Source of the DNA: Mobula hypostoma
Taxonomy: Eukaryota
Reading direction: 5' to 3'
DNA: 64,000 nucleotides
Assembly (NCBI RefSeq): GCF_963921235.1
Contig: NC_086108.1
Location: forward strand, 40,674,001-40,738,000
This document shows, piece after piece, positions 26,772 through 40,640 of this stretch (position 1 is the stretch's first letter; every line of letters begins with the position of its first letter). The notes below the pieces were generated by a model, which was given only the letters and a program-made list of their open reading frames with translations, was not told where the DNA came from and ran no database searches. A program made the translations under genes and the position numbers.

Positions 26772-28804
26772 CTAGAGGACAAGAAAAACTCATGTCAGAA
26801 CACACAATTCTTTAATATAAGAACATGCTGTAATTAAAATGTTATCTCAAATGTTACACATATACATTTTGTGCTCAGTAAGTTTTGAATCAAGAATCAA
26901 ACTTCATGTTTGCATTATAACCATAGAGCAACTAAAATTCCAAAAGGAGGCATATGCTAGTTACTCTTGCAAAGACCCCCAAAAAAATTGACCCAGCCTT
27001 GTGTTCAGCCTGAACAAAACAGCTAAGTGGTTTCAATTTAATTCTCAGCAGCCACTGTAGTTCAAAAACAAAATACATTCAGCTTCCCTCCTTCCTGTGG
27101 GATTTTAATGGTAACAGTACACTCATATTCATGGAAAAATTCAGTCTATTTGCTTTTGTCTCACTGTTAGCTCTCAGGCATGTCTTGACAGGAGCTCAGT
27201 ATTGCAGAGAAGGTGGAGGAGGGGACAAGCAATCATTTGCAAGGCTCTCTCAACCCTGAAAATTCCAGCCAACTCAGCACTCTTTGGAGGGGCGAGCGAA
27301 GGGGAATTGATGCTGTCACCCCTGAATCATAATTTGCAGAAACCCTTCATCTGTTTAGATAGGAGCAATAATGAGATTACTGATCCAGAAATGGCATCTT
27401 CTGTGTAATTTAATTAAGAGCATCAAAACCATCTGGAAACCTGGGAAAAGAATTAAAAAGTCGTCCACAGTTAAGTTACAGGAATGAGTGCACGATAACA
27501 AAATAGGAACAAATCCAAAACACCAGCATTCTAAGCCTTTGGTGCTAAAGCTTTTAAGTTAGTGTTTCTTTATCTCACTCCCTCCTCCTTTGTATCACAA
27601 GCCAAAACTGCATGATAAAAAGATGCTTCCAGCCTTCCAGTGCCTCTCCTTCAGGCTGATTTGGTTTGGAGATAACAATGAACTATCAGCCAATGTGATA
27701 GATCAGGAGAGCAAGAGGATATTTTCCCATATTCTGCCACTAGAAATGGAGACAAAGGCCCTTAGTACAGCAAGTTAGAAAATTATTTACTTCAATAACT
27801 AATAACTGATGAACATGACTTCAGATATTTGGAATAACCTTGTTTCCCCCATGGAGATCCTTGTCTACTACTCTGCAATAATGTACTTCATTGCTACCTT
27901 CTGACCAGCCACGAGAGATACAAACAATTCATGGTTTCTGCAAAGCATTTTCGAAAAATAAGTATATGGTTGTTTACAAACCCAGTTTTGAACCTGCTCA
28001 AATCCAAGCTGTGGGCTAATGACTGAGACAGTCAAACTGATCTGTGATCAATTCAAACACTCTCTGCACACATGTTCTAGAGCCAAAAATCAGCTTCTTC
28101 AGTTAATTCCAAAACCTGAGATTGCTGAGATAATTTAACTCTAGCAATGAACTTCACAAAAGACTTCCAACTCGAAAGAGAAAGCTGTGCTCTTAAGGCT
28201 AACGATAGACCCATCGTAAAAATAAGTAATACGATCAAGAGGATTCCATTTTGCTGGCAGAGCAACACAACTAAAAATTGGTGTTTTCATCCAGTGGACG
28301 CCTTTTTACAATCAACTTCCACACCGAATAAGTGCAACAGTATTTCAATCGGGTTCAAAGCAAATTTACTACAAGCTATTCTTTATGGCATCAGTTATTT
28401 GATATTATCTTATCTATAGTTAAGCAAAATTATGAAGCACACTTTAATAAGTTTGTGAAGAGGATCGAGTGAACTTATGCATAAAACACACTAAAGAAGA
28501 AAGTCTTCTTAGCCCGTGAAGTATACCCTGATAGAGAGGTTTGTCTTTTGTGCTAAAGCAAAGAAATACAAGAGTGTTCTCTTAGCCCAGAACATTAAGC
28601 TACCAACTGTAACCTTTAACAGGTAAATGCTATTTGTTAAACTGGTATTATCCTGTCAATGTGCACATGATTATATTGTTAACTAATAGAAGTACAAAGT
28701 AAATGAGCCTTCACTGATATAACCAATGATTGATCATCACAACTACAATGACCAACAATGTAAATTTGCATATTATCTTAAATAGAAATCTATTAAAATG
28801 AGAG

Positions 28805-29395
28805 CAGAATCAGAATCAGGTTTAATACCACTAGAGGGAAAATAATACCGAACCCATGAATGCTAATTCAACATCCATTCAGAAATCTGAAGGCCAAGGG
28901 GAGGAAGCTGTTCCTGAAATGTTGAGTGCACCTCTTCAGGCTCCTGTACCTCCTGTCGGATGGTAGCAGTGAGAAAGGGGCATGTCCAGGGTGATGGTGG
29001 TTCCTAATGATGATGGCGCCTTTTTGAGGCATCGCCTTTTGAAGGTGTCCTGCATTCTCTTGGGAGGCTAGTACCCATGATGGAACTGGATGGGTTTACA
29101 ATTTTCTACAGCTTTTTCCAATCCTGCCCAGTGCCCCCCCATACCAGATGGCGATGCAACCAGAGTGCTCTCCACGGTACATCTTTAGAAATTTGCAAGC
29201 GTCTTTGCTGACATACCAATTCTCCTCAAATTTCAAATGAAATATAGCCAGTAATTGCATTAACGTGTTGGGCCCAGGATAGATGTTGCATCAGAGATGT
29301 TGACACCCAGTTACTGGAGACTGCTCACCTTTTCCACTTTTGACTCCTCAATGAGGATCTGGTGTGTGTTCCCTTGACTTCCCCTTCCTGAAGTT
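28805..29395 (-). mobile_element. Rex1/Babar-type LINE 3' fragment
   Basis: Tail cagaatcagaatcaggtttaat and a decayed antisense KFLGVNIS / ESTL / WYG region. Confidence 0.8.
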
Positions 29396-29734
29396 TGACA
29401 TGGCACCTTATGTATCAGTTGGTAGAATTAGCATATGTATTAATCAGCTTTTTACTGTGCGTGTTTAAGTTAACATTAATCTGGATTGTATTGAATTTAG
29501 AAAACTATAGCAGATTCTGGTCAAGATAAACCCCCCAAAAAAATCGTGTATGCGTACACACACTCACACTTCCAAATTCTCCAATTCTAAAACCTAAATG
29601 CCTCTTGATCATTTACATTCATTGTAGTTAGTGATAATCAATCATTGGTTACATCTGTGAAGGCCCATTTAATGTCCCTTGCAGAACTTTCATCAATAAA
29701 AATCATAAACATTATGGGAATTGTTTTGCTAAAC

Positions 29735-29965
29735 TTCCTACTGCTGCCTGTAAGGAGTTTGTACATTCTCCCTGTGACCGCATGGGTTTCCTCCAGGTGC
29801 TCCATTTCTCCCCCCCTTCCACAGTCCAAAGACATACCAGTTGGTAGGCCAATTGGACATTGTAAATTGTCCTGTGATAAGGGTAGGATTAAATCAGGGG
29901 ATTGCTGGCTGGCACAGCTCAAAGGACCAGAAGGGCCTATTCTGTGTTGCATCTCAATAAATATA
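29735..29965 (+). mobile_element. V-domain (HE1-like) SINE, 5'-truncated
   Basis: ggagtttgtacattctccctgtgaccgcatgggtttcctccaggtgctcc core and gaagggcctattctgtgttgcatctcaataaa tail. Confidence 0.85.
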
Positions 29966-30799
29966 CAAACAAGCTATCTACAGAGTCAATAGTTCAAGAA
30001 ATACCTGATCAGGTTTATTAATCTTCAAGATGGTACGTGGTAAGTCAGATCTAAATATTTTAGCCATCCAGTTCCATGTTTACTAGGTAATGGGCAAATT
30101 TCACTTCATATAATATTGTTTGAAGGGTCATTAAACATATCACAAAGCAAATTGATGACATATTTAACCATTTCAGTCTTATTATACAAGACATTAACAC
30201 TCATGGTTAAGAGTAGTAGGCACTCCAATTAGTCAATCAAACTAAACAAAGCAGATTTTTAATAACTTCTTAACCTGCAAGACAGGCACTAATCAAGGAA
30301 CTCATACGGACCTTAAAAAAACCCATCCCAGACTAAATATACGGATGTGTCAGATACTTTGTTTCATTAAATACTTTAGCTAAAATAGAATTCAGCACTT
30401 AAAACCCCACCAATTACAGAAGTAAATTATACAAAGCAATATACATGTTGAAAGCACAGGATCACTTTAAAGGACTTAAGCAAGTGTATTGTCACTTAAA
30501 GTTCTAAAAGGTAGCTGAGAATGTGCCACAATGCTCAAAGGTTGTTCACCAAGGATGTAGCTCAAAGCAACATTGTACCTTTTCTATCCACACACTGCAT
30601 ATTTGTGAGATTACCCTTGTTCTACAGAAACCGCACCTTGAAGTCAAACATTTCTCATGAGTCAGTTACCCAGATTATGATATGAAATATTTCACATTAT
30701 TTCCTGACTTTTCTGCATGTACAATGAAGCAGACTGTCGTAAAGTACTAGTATCACTAGCTTGGATCACAGGGTTGAAATGGCTGTTTATATGACCAAT

Positions 30800-31025
30800 A
30801 CAAATACTTCACTTTATTGTTGCCAAACAATTAATACTAGAGTGTACAATCATCACAGTGATATTTGATTCTGCGCTTCGTGCTCCCTGGATTACAAATC
30901 AATCGTAAATATTAAAAATTTAAATTATAAATCATAAATAGAAAATAGAAAAGGGAAAGTAAGGTAGTGCAAAAAAAAAACTGAGAGGCAGGTCCGGATA
31001 TTTGGAGGGTACGGCCCAGATCCGG
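30800..31025 (-). mobile_element. 3' end of a LINE-mobilised repeat
   Basis: Antisense aataaag at the left end, then an A-rich segment and a GC-rich segment that ends abruptly, consistent with 5' truncation. Confidence 0.45.
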
Positions 31026-31139
31026 TCATATGCCATCATATTTCTAAACTTTGACGATTTTTCTTTCATTCTGCTCCTTAACACCTTGTCCAATCCACTA
31101 TGTTCAGATTAGTATTTTAAACAATGATTAGTTTAAGCA

Positions 31140-31750
31140 ATGTAATATAATAAGAACTAGATTCAGGACTAGGTCACTTGGCTCTCCAAGCTGTTCCATC
31201 ATTTGAGATCATTGCTGAACCATCTCCATATCTCCTGTTCCTTAAATGCCCAGAAATCTACCCTTCCGCTTTGAAAGATCAAACAGAAACTCCTTGCACC
31301 TCTAGAGTAAAAAATGTTAAAGACACACCACCTCTACATCAGAATATATTCTTTGCCTCAGTCTTGAATTTTTAATGTTTTACTGAAATCTTCTTTCAAT
31401 TTTTCTAAATGCTAGGGAATATAGACCTAGTGTACTCTATCCCTTCTTATAAAGAAGACTCACTATTCCAAAACCAGATCACTGCACCCACACTAATCAA
31501 GGCACATCCTTTCTGAGGAGATCAAACTGTACACAATTCTCCAGATGCAGATAATTGCAATAAGAAGCCTTTTGTAATCAAAATCTCCAGTAATTAAGGT
31601 CAATGTACCAGTTGCCTTCATAATCACTTGCTGCAGCTGCAGGTTGGTATTCAGTGCCTCCTGCACAAATAGAGCTAGGCCCCTTTGAACATCAACATTA
31701 CTCAGTCTCTCACCTAGTTAAAAAACAGGCACACCAAAGTGAACAACTTC
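31140..31750 (-). mobile_element. Decayed CR1 LINE
   Basis: Antisense motifs such as caaactgtacacaattctccagatgc (HLE.CVQF) and a CR1-type end near 31150. Confidence 0.65.
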
Positions 31751-31959
31751 ACAGAAGTTAGCTAGGTTATTCCACACACAGTTTGATACAATGTGCTTCA
31801 TATCATGGTACTCAAATTTTTGCAAGTCAAATTATTTGGATTAGTAAATTAAACAAGCTACGAATCCATAACCAGAAGGAAGCTCAGAGTAAAACTATAT
31901 TTGTGGTTCTATGCTACATTACTGATTTAAGCAGTTTATCCCAGACAATCACACTTCAG

Positions 31960-32150
31960 AGAAAAACTGCAGCTGCTGAAAATCTTAAATTTAAACAAAA
32001 TAGAAATTTCTCAAGGTAGCAGCTGTAAAGAGAGCAAAATAGAGCTCTGGGTCTCAGGAATGAAGGATCCCTGACTTGAAACATGATCTGTTTTCTCCCT
32101 AAGCTGATGCTGTCTGACCTGCTGAGCACATCCAACATTTTTCATTTCTA
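31960..32150. mobile_element. Degenerate palindromic PLE-derived element
   Basis: An antisense terminus (aactgcagctgctgaaaatc) followed by a sense terminus (gatgctgtctgacctgctgagcacatccaacattttt), with a decayed hammerhead-like centre. Confidence 0.6.
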
Positions 32151-34009
32151 AATCAAACGCCAAAGAATAAGGTTGGCACATCATTGTGGGCCGAAGGGCC
32201 TGGCATGTGCTGCAATGTTCTGTGTTCTAGAATAATCAAAGCTGATTTTGTCAAGGCAATGAGAGCAGGAGAGGTCTGTGAGTCACACATTATAGAGACA
32301 CAAAAAAGCTATTGAGAGTTGGCAGGTTGAATCCAACAGAAAACTTTCCCCCCCATATCAGTGGTAGTTGCAATCTGTTTGATTAACAGTATGCCACTAA
32401 TGATCATTTCAATATGGTGTCACTTATTTTGCCCATACTCAAATTAATTGGGTTCATTATGACGGAACGTATGGAGCACAAGACTAGTAGGGAATACGTT
32501 ATCTGAATAAATTGGCAGAACACAAATGTAAAGTAAAGCACTTCAATATCACTAAAAAATTCTCATATTTTCACTGGTCAAAAGTCACAAACCGGAATTT
32601 TTTTTAAGGTATATAATCCCATGGTGTTCTGCTTCATCAGAAATCTGGCAGAGAATGAAAAGATATTATACCGTAACAGCATTTTTCTAATTAATCTTTT
32701 GATGACTACATGGAGATTTTTCAAAAAAAAAATTGTCTAGCAGAGAAAACCAAGATTGAAAGATTTTCTTTGGATCCCTACATTCTTCTGGTTAAACGGA
32801 AAGTGCAGAGGCAAGTTTTGCAGATGTTGTATGATAGGAAACATGTGGCTAGCCTGAAATCTACTGAGGACTTTCTGTATCTTAAAGATTACGATTAAGC
32901 ATTTTCAAATAACTGTAAACAGTATGTGAAAGAGGAAAGCAAATTGCTGAAAAATCAAAATTCCTAAATGTTACTCTTCTCACTGGTGTGTAAAATTTAT
33001 CCTTTCAGCCACAAGGTGTTATGCAGAGAAAGCATGGGCTGTTTCAGCCATTATTGACAGCCACCTTTTATTTTTCATCTCAGCAACTGTTCCAAGCCAG
33101 TCAAAGATAGCTTTGTACAGTTACAGCTTATTTTATTTAAGCTCCAAGGAAGGATTTTTTAAAATTTAAAACTAATATTCACAAAGTTGCTACAGTTGCA
33201 TTTTTCAGCCTCTATTTATTCACTATCTTTTCAAACAAACAAAAGCTCTGGTGAAACACTGTTAATTGCCCCTAGCTTAAATAATGATTTGCATAATTGA
33301 AAATAACACTCACACAAAAGAGAAAGATCATGAAATATATGAAAGGATATAATCTCGTTCTAGTCAGGTCATATAAGAAAAATATCGCCACTGCAAACTG
33401 TGAACAAATATTTGTTGTATAAATTTATCTTTAACATCTTTGTAATGACCTTGCACTTGGCATTGTAGCTAAATCTGACTGACCCCGTCTTTTCCTTACA
33501 CAGTAAACCTTGACAGACACAAATCAATACTTATGCAGTTCTGGGATAATGATGCTTTTTCTTCCTCCTTATTTTCTTGCTTAAATCTCCCTCAGTCTAT
33601 TATTTTGGTGAAAACTAAATTTAATATTTTTAAGATTGGCAATGTCAACTTTTTGTCAACAACCAGGAAAATCAAAACATGACTCACACTACTAGGAAGT
33701 TGCAATAAATGATACTGTAGTAAAGGAGAGAGGACATGCCATTACTCATTGACTGATTGACAAAAGGATCAATTCTAGATTCGTCTATCACCCATTAACC
33801 TGGGTTTCTCTGCCGATATACAAGATGGCAGTTCATTTTTGTCAACAGATACTACAAAACCGACTGAAACTTTGTCAGAATTTAATTTTAAACAAAATAA
33901 ATTGGTGTATTAAATGTAGTCTACAAAGGAAAATTAGAAGCACAGTTTGTTTGAAAAATTAAACTGGGTACCAGTTAAAAAAAAACTGCTTTGTTATAAA
34001 CAATCATCA

Positions 34010-34145
34010 ACAAATGATGGAAATCTTCAGCAACACAAAGTGCCGAAGGAACTCAGCAGGTCAGGCAGCATCTATGGACGGGAATAAGTAGTCAATGTTT
34101 TGGGCTGAGATCCTGAGAAAAGGAAGGATGCAGAAGCCAGAATGC
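34010..34145 (-). mobile_element. PLE terminal-repeat fragment
   Basis: ggaactcagcaggtcaggcagcatctatgga. Similar short fragments at 37478-37527, 43110-43170 and 49780-49910. Confidence 0.75.
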
Positions 34146-37100
34146 AGAACTACTTTGCTATGATCATTCGGGATGCTTGGCAGATGGCAGAAAGATTTTC
34201 GAGCAGCCAAAATCAAAGCTCAATCCCCAGTGACATTCAACATTTTATTCTTACAACAATATTTAGGGGTGGAGCATTTAAAACTAACATGTAATTTTCT
34301 TCAGAAACATGGCTTCTTAACTGATCATCCTTAATTAACAATCTATTAACTCAGAGAAGTTTTTAATTAAAGTTGCCTTCTTGAGACACAATTTCAAAAT
34401 TTAATATTGTTAAATTGGTGTTTTCAGAATGAAGACTAATAGTTAGATAGTAAAAATTTGCCCCCCATTTTAAAGTGTGAATAGGTTGGCCTCTTTGTTA
34501 TTTGAGGTACAAGATCTACACAACCAATACTAAGTCTCAATATGTTAAACAAAAATACTCTGCTCAGCATTAAAGGAAATCTATGATATGAGGTGGATTA
34601 AACAATGAGAATTTCTAATACATAGCATTTGAAGTTATGGTTTCTTAATCGTGAAGTATGGCTAGAGAGCAAAGTTTTATTTAATCTTCCCACTTCCAGT
34701 CAACCATTTCCTGTTTTTGATAAAAACTGTACAAAGGTCAACTTGACTACCGCATTTTGTCATCTTTAATAATATATCTGGAATAATATTCTGGGACCAA
34801 AAGGGATAAAGTACCACGGTTTAGTTGCCCATACTGGATTTCTTCTTCTTGTAACTAATCTATTCAAATTGCAGTTGAATCTGCAATAAACTTATATTAT
34901 TTGACCAGCTTACAAACATTATTCTATTCTTGTTGGAGAACACAGCTCAGTACTTCAGATTGTATCCTTGCACCCAGTTAAAAAATACAACGGAATACAG
35001 CTGGAGGAAAAATGAGGTGAAAATTTCTGTGCACGTGCTAGATGAGGTGATCTAGTTGGAATTAAAAGGTGTTCTTGTTCCTATGGCCCAACATTCCCAG
35101 TCGTTACCCTTTCCTATTGTGAACCAATTGAACTTGAACCAATTGAACTTTAGGCCATTGAAGTTTGTTCATCTCTGTTCACATTCATTCAAATTTCTGG
35201 CATCTATTATTTGCCCCCACCCCACCCACACATAAATGAGTTAATGTCAGAAATTATATGCCTTTGAAAAAAAATGTGAAATTGCAACAATAATATTTCA
35301 AATGGCTTGGTGGACACACATGGAACCAACATTTTAAAGACGTAATCTTTGATCCTAGCCAAAAAGGCAAAATTAACATTTATCCCTGAAAGAACAAACT
35401 ATTGGAATCTCTGCTTCCAGTAACGATCTTGCAATCTCAGATACTGGAGTGGGCAGTGCATCAACAAGACAAGGGTTGACTGCAACCTTTCCTTACCAAA
35501 TAATCCTACCCCCTTGTGCTGTGATCAATAGTCACTTAGTCCTTTAACTGTACAGAGCAAAATTTGACAGGTTCAAAAGACAAAACAGATTGCAAACTTG
35601 AATCCATGTTCCAGATATCTAAAATTTAGTTTTGAGAGCTCTATTGAAAAGTACCTTGTTCAGTTACACTAGGTTCACTCTTCAACAAGAACATGCAATT
35701 CTACCACCTTTCACTTCCTGGCTTGAATTTAAATGCTTTCAAAATTCACTACTGAACACAGCAGTTAAAAGTCAAAAGATTGCTCTGATTAAAAAAAAAG
35801 CTTCAGGGTGGTTAAAAGTTGGTTCTTGTAATGTACAACTTTAAAATATAAATTATGATCCACAAACAAGAAAATCACCACCCTGTCTGAGAGCTTGGTA
35901 AAAAAGGCTATGTGACCAAGAGTGGAACTAATATGGCCTGGGCTTTGCAGGATGTCCCTTAGTCACAACCAAACTATTCATTACCTAGTACTTCCACCAA
36001 TATAAAACAGCAAAGGGAAACATCACACTGGGTGAAAGAAAACATTAAACTCCGCTACAGGGCATTTGCATTGCCAAAATTAAATTTATTCTCCTAGCTG
36101 ATCTATTCAATCAGCAGAGTGTACTGTAAATTTATATTAACCACTTTACCAAGATTTGTTGGAAAACATAGCTCAGGTTTTCACACTGCTCCATGCACGC
36201 AGTTAAACAGTGACTGTGGAAACGATTTAAGTCATCAGGAGACTTTTGAAAAAAAAAATCTGGAAAGTGTATTTTGACTTGCTGCTTAAATTCTTTCCTG
36301 CCTGTTCATAAAGATTAAATACACCACGTTAAATTTCTTAAAAGTGGAGGGGGGGGGGCATAAAATGTGCTTTTAATAATTTACTGTCTAACGGGGAAAT
36401 GGCTGTGTAGCACACCGTCAAAGCACTCTGATTAGGAACAAGAATCTCTTACTGATTTTTATGTGTAACTGCCTACTTGTGTTTTCCGAGTCAGCAGCGG
36501 TAATGATATCCAGCTTTTACTAAAAGGGGATGGATTAGTTCACTGGATGGAGTAACGTTTTAATGTATAGTTTAGATGGAGCAATGCGGCTTTTCAGCAA
36601 AGCTCTGTATGTCTGCTGCAATGCATCCAGACAGTTAGGCTCTCAGCATGTCTGGGCTTTTGATTTTAAATGCATGTCTTCGCAGAATTCAATTGCTTGC
36701 TGCTCAATTATTGATTGTCACGAGGTCTCGCTTTGTCTTTCAGAAACAGTGGCAAAATGGATTACAGGGTGCTACAGGGAGGGGGGTGTATTTCTCATGA
36801 AGAAGCGCACCAGGAAAGTTACTGATAATGAAGTCCATGATTAAAATAAAATGCATCGTCTCCAACCATGCACGAAAACGGCGGTCGTGAAATTAGAGAA
36901 ACGGTTGGGAAGGGAAGGAGGGAGTGAAGAAATAAGAAACAATGTAAGGAATACCAAACCAAACGCTGTCCAAGTCTCATGCTGAAGATAGTCTGTACGA
37001 CCCTATTTTCAAATTTCCCAACTCCAGAGTGGCAAGGCAGGAGGGGAAAAGGGCCCCCTTTACAGACAGTTGAGAAGATTTTTCACAGAACGTGATACTT

Positions 37101-39979
37101 CTCCGTTATCCACCAGGTAGCGCGGAACCGTCACTCTTCATTTTACTACACCGAACAGTACGCGGTTCATAAAATTTGCAGACATGCGGCCGTTTACAAA
37201 AACTGGTGGCCAATCTAGGAGTTGTAAAACAATTCAACGTGCCACATGAATTGGTGGGAGAGGCCAACGCTCACTTCCAAAGCCACGTTCAATTTAACAT
37301 TTGTCATGGTAACAGCCCAAGTGCTCTTTTCAGTCGTGTCACTTCTCCCTCCCCATGGAGGCGACCAGGTACCTTAAACCCCCTGAGGGCCGTCTCTGGT
37401 TATTTAATTTGAAAGAAAAGGTAGAGTTAAAAGCGCGCTCTCAGGGCACAAGATTTTCCCCCCACAAAACAGAACCAAGTAACACACACAAAATGCTGGA
37501 GGAACTGAGCAGGTCAGGCAGCATCGGAGTACTGAGAACAGCTACCGCATTTTTCTACACTTGATAAGTTAAATGCGGGTTGAAATCACATTAGAGGCAC
37601 GTCGGGGCTCTCAGGGCATCCGAAAGGGCTGAAGTAAAAGCTGAGATTGGCATTTCAGACGGGAGGAGCACCAGAGGAGACGGGCAGGGGAGTAGGCTGC
37701 GGCTTGCATGGCTGCCCAGCTCCATGTGTAGCCGGCAGTCAGAGGTCCCACCCGCCAGAGGTCAAGTAGCTGGCTGCACCTGGGCGCGGGGGGAGACGAT
37801 GAAGAGGGCAGGGGCTGACCCGGCCGAGGGCACTGACTGCACACACTTTGCACCGTATGAAAAGTCCAGACAGCCCCTGCGGATTCATCATGTGACACGC
37901 GCCTTTCTTCTTTCCCAGCCGCGGTAATCCACAAAATACACTCAAGATCACCAGCAGTGTAATTGTTCTCCCACCCGTTGCAAGAAATACGGGTATTTTT
38001 TTAAAAAACTTTAAAAATTAGATTGCACAGAAAGCCTGTCTTATGACTACCTTTCAAATTCCATCAAGCCGATCTAAATCCTCACCGTTAGAAGCTAGGA
38101 GCCTCGTTAGACGGCAGAAGAGCCAATGCAGCGAGGAGCTTCTCTGCGGGCGTGGTGCTCGTCTCTTTCAGACGTCAGATACTTTTGTCATTCAAAAAAG
38201 CTACCACGGGTTACACGAGTTCTGCGTGGCGTACCTATGCCTACGAGCGCCTTTCCGCCACCTCCTCCGCAGTGAGCTACAGCCTCTCCCTATGCAGTTA
38301 CACACACCTGGCTTCTCGGTTACGCGAACCGTGAACGATACCTTTGGTGGCATTTCCTCTTGTCACTTCCAGTCCGCCTTTACACACCTCCTCTCATCCT
38401 CCCATCACACCCGCTCGAATTGCGGGCAAGCGACTGGAATACAAGTGCAGGTCCGGGTAGTAAGAGGGTTTCTTCATATCATGAGGAGCCCATAAGCGTT
38501 TGAAGACCAAATTTTCCTTGCAGTAATGACATGATTCATTTGTCTGGAGATGTGCAATAATGCTTGCTAAGATGCAATGCATCTAAAGGCCTGTAATTCA
38601 AAGCGCCGTTAATCTCCTATTTTTTCTTCAAAAAATGTTAACAGTTTAAAAGTTCTCATGTTTGACGGATGCTTGGGAACTGGCACAAATGGGATTTTAC
38701 TCTGTATTCAATGACCAGGGTAAGAAACCGGCAAGCCATCCCGTCGTCACTCCATAACAGTGCGGAGAGTTTGAAAGTTATGCCAGTCGCGAAAACTTAT
38801 GACGGAATATTTACGTTGCAGCCATACTGAAGCGGGAAATGTCCGCAATAGATCGATTAAGTTCAAGAGCAGCAGCCCCGGAGCCCTCGACGTACTGTAA
38901 ATGATGTGTCAGAAATGAGGTAGCGCCGAAGCAAGTACTGCATAAAAAATGTTCAATTTCTCTACCCCCCCCCATCGCAAAGGGAGACAAAGAGCAGATT
39001 GATCCCCTTAGTCTGACAAAGGTCCCAGTGACTGCACACACGAGCCCTTCCTCTGCATATGGTCAATTAGTATTGAAAATACTCAGCTGATTTCATTCGC
39101 TGGAAACTTTAAGCTGGGCCTTATGAGCAGGAAGAATGATGTTATTGAAAGGAAGAGTCTCATCTAAATAATAAAAGGGCACGCGGCCATCTGGTCTGGT
39201 CAAACTCTGTACAAAGTTTACTGCAGCGACTGTCTCTCTCCTGCATGTCCTGTCGTTTTTGAGGTGCCTTAATGTAGGCAGATCCAAAAACGACTGGTCG
39301 TGTAACATTTTTAAAAATCCACCCTTTTAGTGTTTGCAGTATATGGAAGCTCACTGTAGTCGATCTCTCGGTACAGAAAATACACTCGACCTGCATTGCG
39401 TGCAGGCTCCTTGATTGTAGGGGAAAAGCTGGCTGGCGGCCAGACAGGCGAAAGCTCTGTTGATCATTATGTCTAGCCTTCAGGTGTCTCAGCTCACAGT
39501 GGGTGGTGGTGAAGGGGAAGGAGAGAGAGAGGGAGGGAGGAGGGGAATGGGGGGGGTGAAGGAGGAGTCGCCGTAGATGACATGACGGCAGACAAAGAAA
39601 GGGGAAAAAACGCCTATATAAAAAAAGCTCATTCCCTTGTTACATGAATGTATGTACTCTATTTTATCTGTGCATTCTCCCGAGAACTGGAGACCGATTT
39701 AAGCCTGTCCCAATAAAGTCCAGCTTCTTTCAGGATTTACTGGCCGCTGCTCAGTGTTGTACGTAGAAATGCATAGGAAAGATTAATTAATGTAAACACA
39801 CACAACAAAGAGAGAAAAAAATCCCCTCCTGCTTGGCCTTTGTCTGAATTTCATAGTCTTGCAGCTGTGTCTCTGTAAACCACTGCCCTTTCAGCAACTC
39901 GGTGGACGAACTGAACTCGGAGTTGGCTGGACAGGCTTCAGCCCCTCGCCGTGGGGTCAGTTGAGTTTGTTCTACTTAC

Positions 39980-40075
39980 TGCTCACAATGCCACTGATTG
40001 GACACGGCTGATGTGTTATCACAAGCATCAGACTTCATCTCCAGCTCTGCCTGAATAATGCAGCGGGCTGCCTCC
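39980..40075 (-). other. Candidate alternative first exon B with an open ATG
   Basis: Upstream TTTAAA (~40100) and a G-rich box. ATG at 40038 reads MKSDACDNTSAVSNQWHCE up to donor GCA|gtaagt (39979-39974). Peptide not recognised. Confidence 0.4.
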
Positions 40076-40302
40076 ACTGCAGCGGGCCGGCAGCTCCCTT
40101 AAACTGCCGACTCTTAATTCCCACCCCCCCCACCTCAAACAAAAGTGATTTAAGGTCAAACTGCAGAATGTGAGCTGTTTCCCCACAAACTTTAAACGTT
40201 TTTCCAATGTATTTATTTACAAGGTTATGTGACCGTTTAACAAACATTTGCTGAGTCGGTGTGTGGATCTGTGTAGTTAAGTGCATTAAAAGAAATACTT
40301 AC

Positions 40303-40478
40303 AGTTCAGTTGACAGTATAGATTCTTATCAATCTTCGTTAAGCTGTACAGTGCCTTTCAGTTTTAATATTGGGTGAGAAGGGAAAGGGTGAGGAAGTCC
40401 CATTAATTATACAAAGAAGCATGCTTCTATTTACAGTCAGACACTTGTGTGCAGACATCCCATTGCTCCAGTATTGCT
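40303..40478 (-). other. Candidate non-coding first exon A
   Basis: Starts ~25-30 nt downstream of the TATA-like box (start inferred) and ends at donor ACT|gtaagt (40302-40297). Confidence 0.45.
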
Positions 40479-40500
40479 TCATCTGCTGCACTGAATTGAA

Positions 40501-40640
40501 CTATATAACACCCATGTGAAAGACAGGGGAAATATAGTCACGTGGAGCACACAGACTCGTACCATTGGCTCAGCAGATAATCTTTAAGAGAGACATTTTT
40601 TCCTCCATTGGCCGCAATGGAAGATTGAAGGCGGGCGGTT
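40501..40640 (-). promoter_or_regulatory. Core/proximal promoter motif cluster
   Basis: In minus-strand order: GC box (40630-40638), two CCAAT boxes (40607-40611, 40564-40568), E-box CACGTG (40539-40544) and TATA-like TTATATAG (40501-40508). Confidence 0.6.

Noticed and set aside
35121..35150. Tandem 15-bp duplication gaaccaattgaactt x2 (similar short repeats at 15659-15690)
   Set aside because: Simple local duplication with no spacers. Not a CRISPR-like array.
38043..38495. 150-aa plus-strand ORF and the nearby 107-aa minus-strand ORF (37611-37934)
   Set aside because: No recognisable domain. Long ORFs arise easily in GC-rich promoter DNA.
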